The notes beneath the pieces are model-generated. The model had not been told where the DNA came from. It did not search any database and was given only the letters and a program-made list of their open reading frames with translations. The position numbers and the translations under genes were made by a program. A stretch of 62,125 nt of DNA, filler included, from Asterionella formosa (lineage: Eukaryota): assembly GCA_002256025.1 (NCBI GenBank). It is 7 parts of 7 records of this genome, joined end to end, with 100 filler letters (N's around TTAATTAATTAA, not from the genome) between each part and the next. Parts side by side here need not be neighbours in the genome. Positions count along the whole stretch, not along the records: positions 53,344 to 62,125 come from NKIB01011638.1; 6 more parts are not named here. The stretch is one strand, 5' to 3'. This document shows, piece after piece, positions 61,605-62,125 of this stretch (position 1 is its first letter; every line of letters begins with the position of its first letter).

Positions 61605-61783
61605 ATATAATAACCAGGTTATTAATACTGCTTTACTATAATAACCGTGGTTATTTGTCATCAAGTCTGACTTGGTGGCGTCAGACTTTGGACTCAAGTC
61701 CAGACTTGGTATAAATAACTAGAGGTTATTATTATATCCAAACCACGCGTCAGACTTCATTTTGTGTGGCAAGTCTGGACGTG
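61605..61783. repeat. Dense array of short palindromes and inverted repeats
   Basis: AATAAC-n-GTTATT three times (61608-61624, 61640-61655, 61714-61730) and several AAGTCTGAC/GTCAGACTT arms. Confidence 0.85.
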
Positions 61784-62125
61784 TTAAAATACCGGTAACC
61801 AACCCTCACCTCTCTTTTATATCATGTACATTTATGATGTATTATTATCAGTTTGTTATGTACATATGTGGAGTACATAGCAATAGGTACCCTGGTACAA
61901 GGGTACCAGGTACCTGGTACCAGGTACCGGTATATTTTGTTGTTGGACGGAAAATAATACCCGTAGTGACAGCTAGTGCACTAGCAATCAAGTAGCACCG
62001 TTTACACATGCAGTGATCATGAATGTTTGTAATTTCGCTGTTATCATCATCTTGTTACAACCAAAACCAAACTCTCGTTCTTCTTTGCCTGTCTCATCCC
62101 TTCTTCATTTGAATTGAATTCGTTA

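Overview
This window is not one locus. It is seven unrelated eukaryotic contigs of 8798, 8795, 8792, 8790, 8784, 8784 and 8782 bp, sorted by length and joined by artificial 100-bp linkers (44 N + TTAATTAATTAA + 44 N). The source is almost certainly a diatom nuclear genome, based on bipartite ASAF-type plastid presequences, short GT-AG introns, a DUF6824-type protein and CoDi-like copia elements. Recognisable genes: a 5'-truncated heliorhodopsin, a DUF6824 protein, an RluA-family pseudouridine synthase, an aldo-keto-reductase-like protein lacking its catalytic residues, a sulfotransferase-like protein, a P1B-2 Zn/Cd ATPase with a long His/Cys-rich N-terminus, a plastid SecE-like protein, plastid ribosomal protein S1, partial hemE and a CYP7/8-like P450. 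Much of the rest is decayed mobile DNA: a hAT element (TIRs, 8-bp TSD) containing a nested CACTA-like element with a captured LRR fragment, three copia elements, three Crypton (tyrosine-recombinase transposon) fragments, a MITE-like hairpin, a ~111-bp minisatellite, a collapsed HECT E3 pseudogene and a Crinkler-type REase relic. The most notable points are the unusual charged intramembrane residues of the heliorhodopsin, the Crypton cluster next to a loxP-like palindrome array, and strong intergenic enrichment of TACCGGTA and GGTACCW motifs. No rRNA, tRNA or CRISPR array was seen. All family calls come from motif recognition by eye, not database searches.
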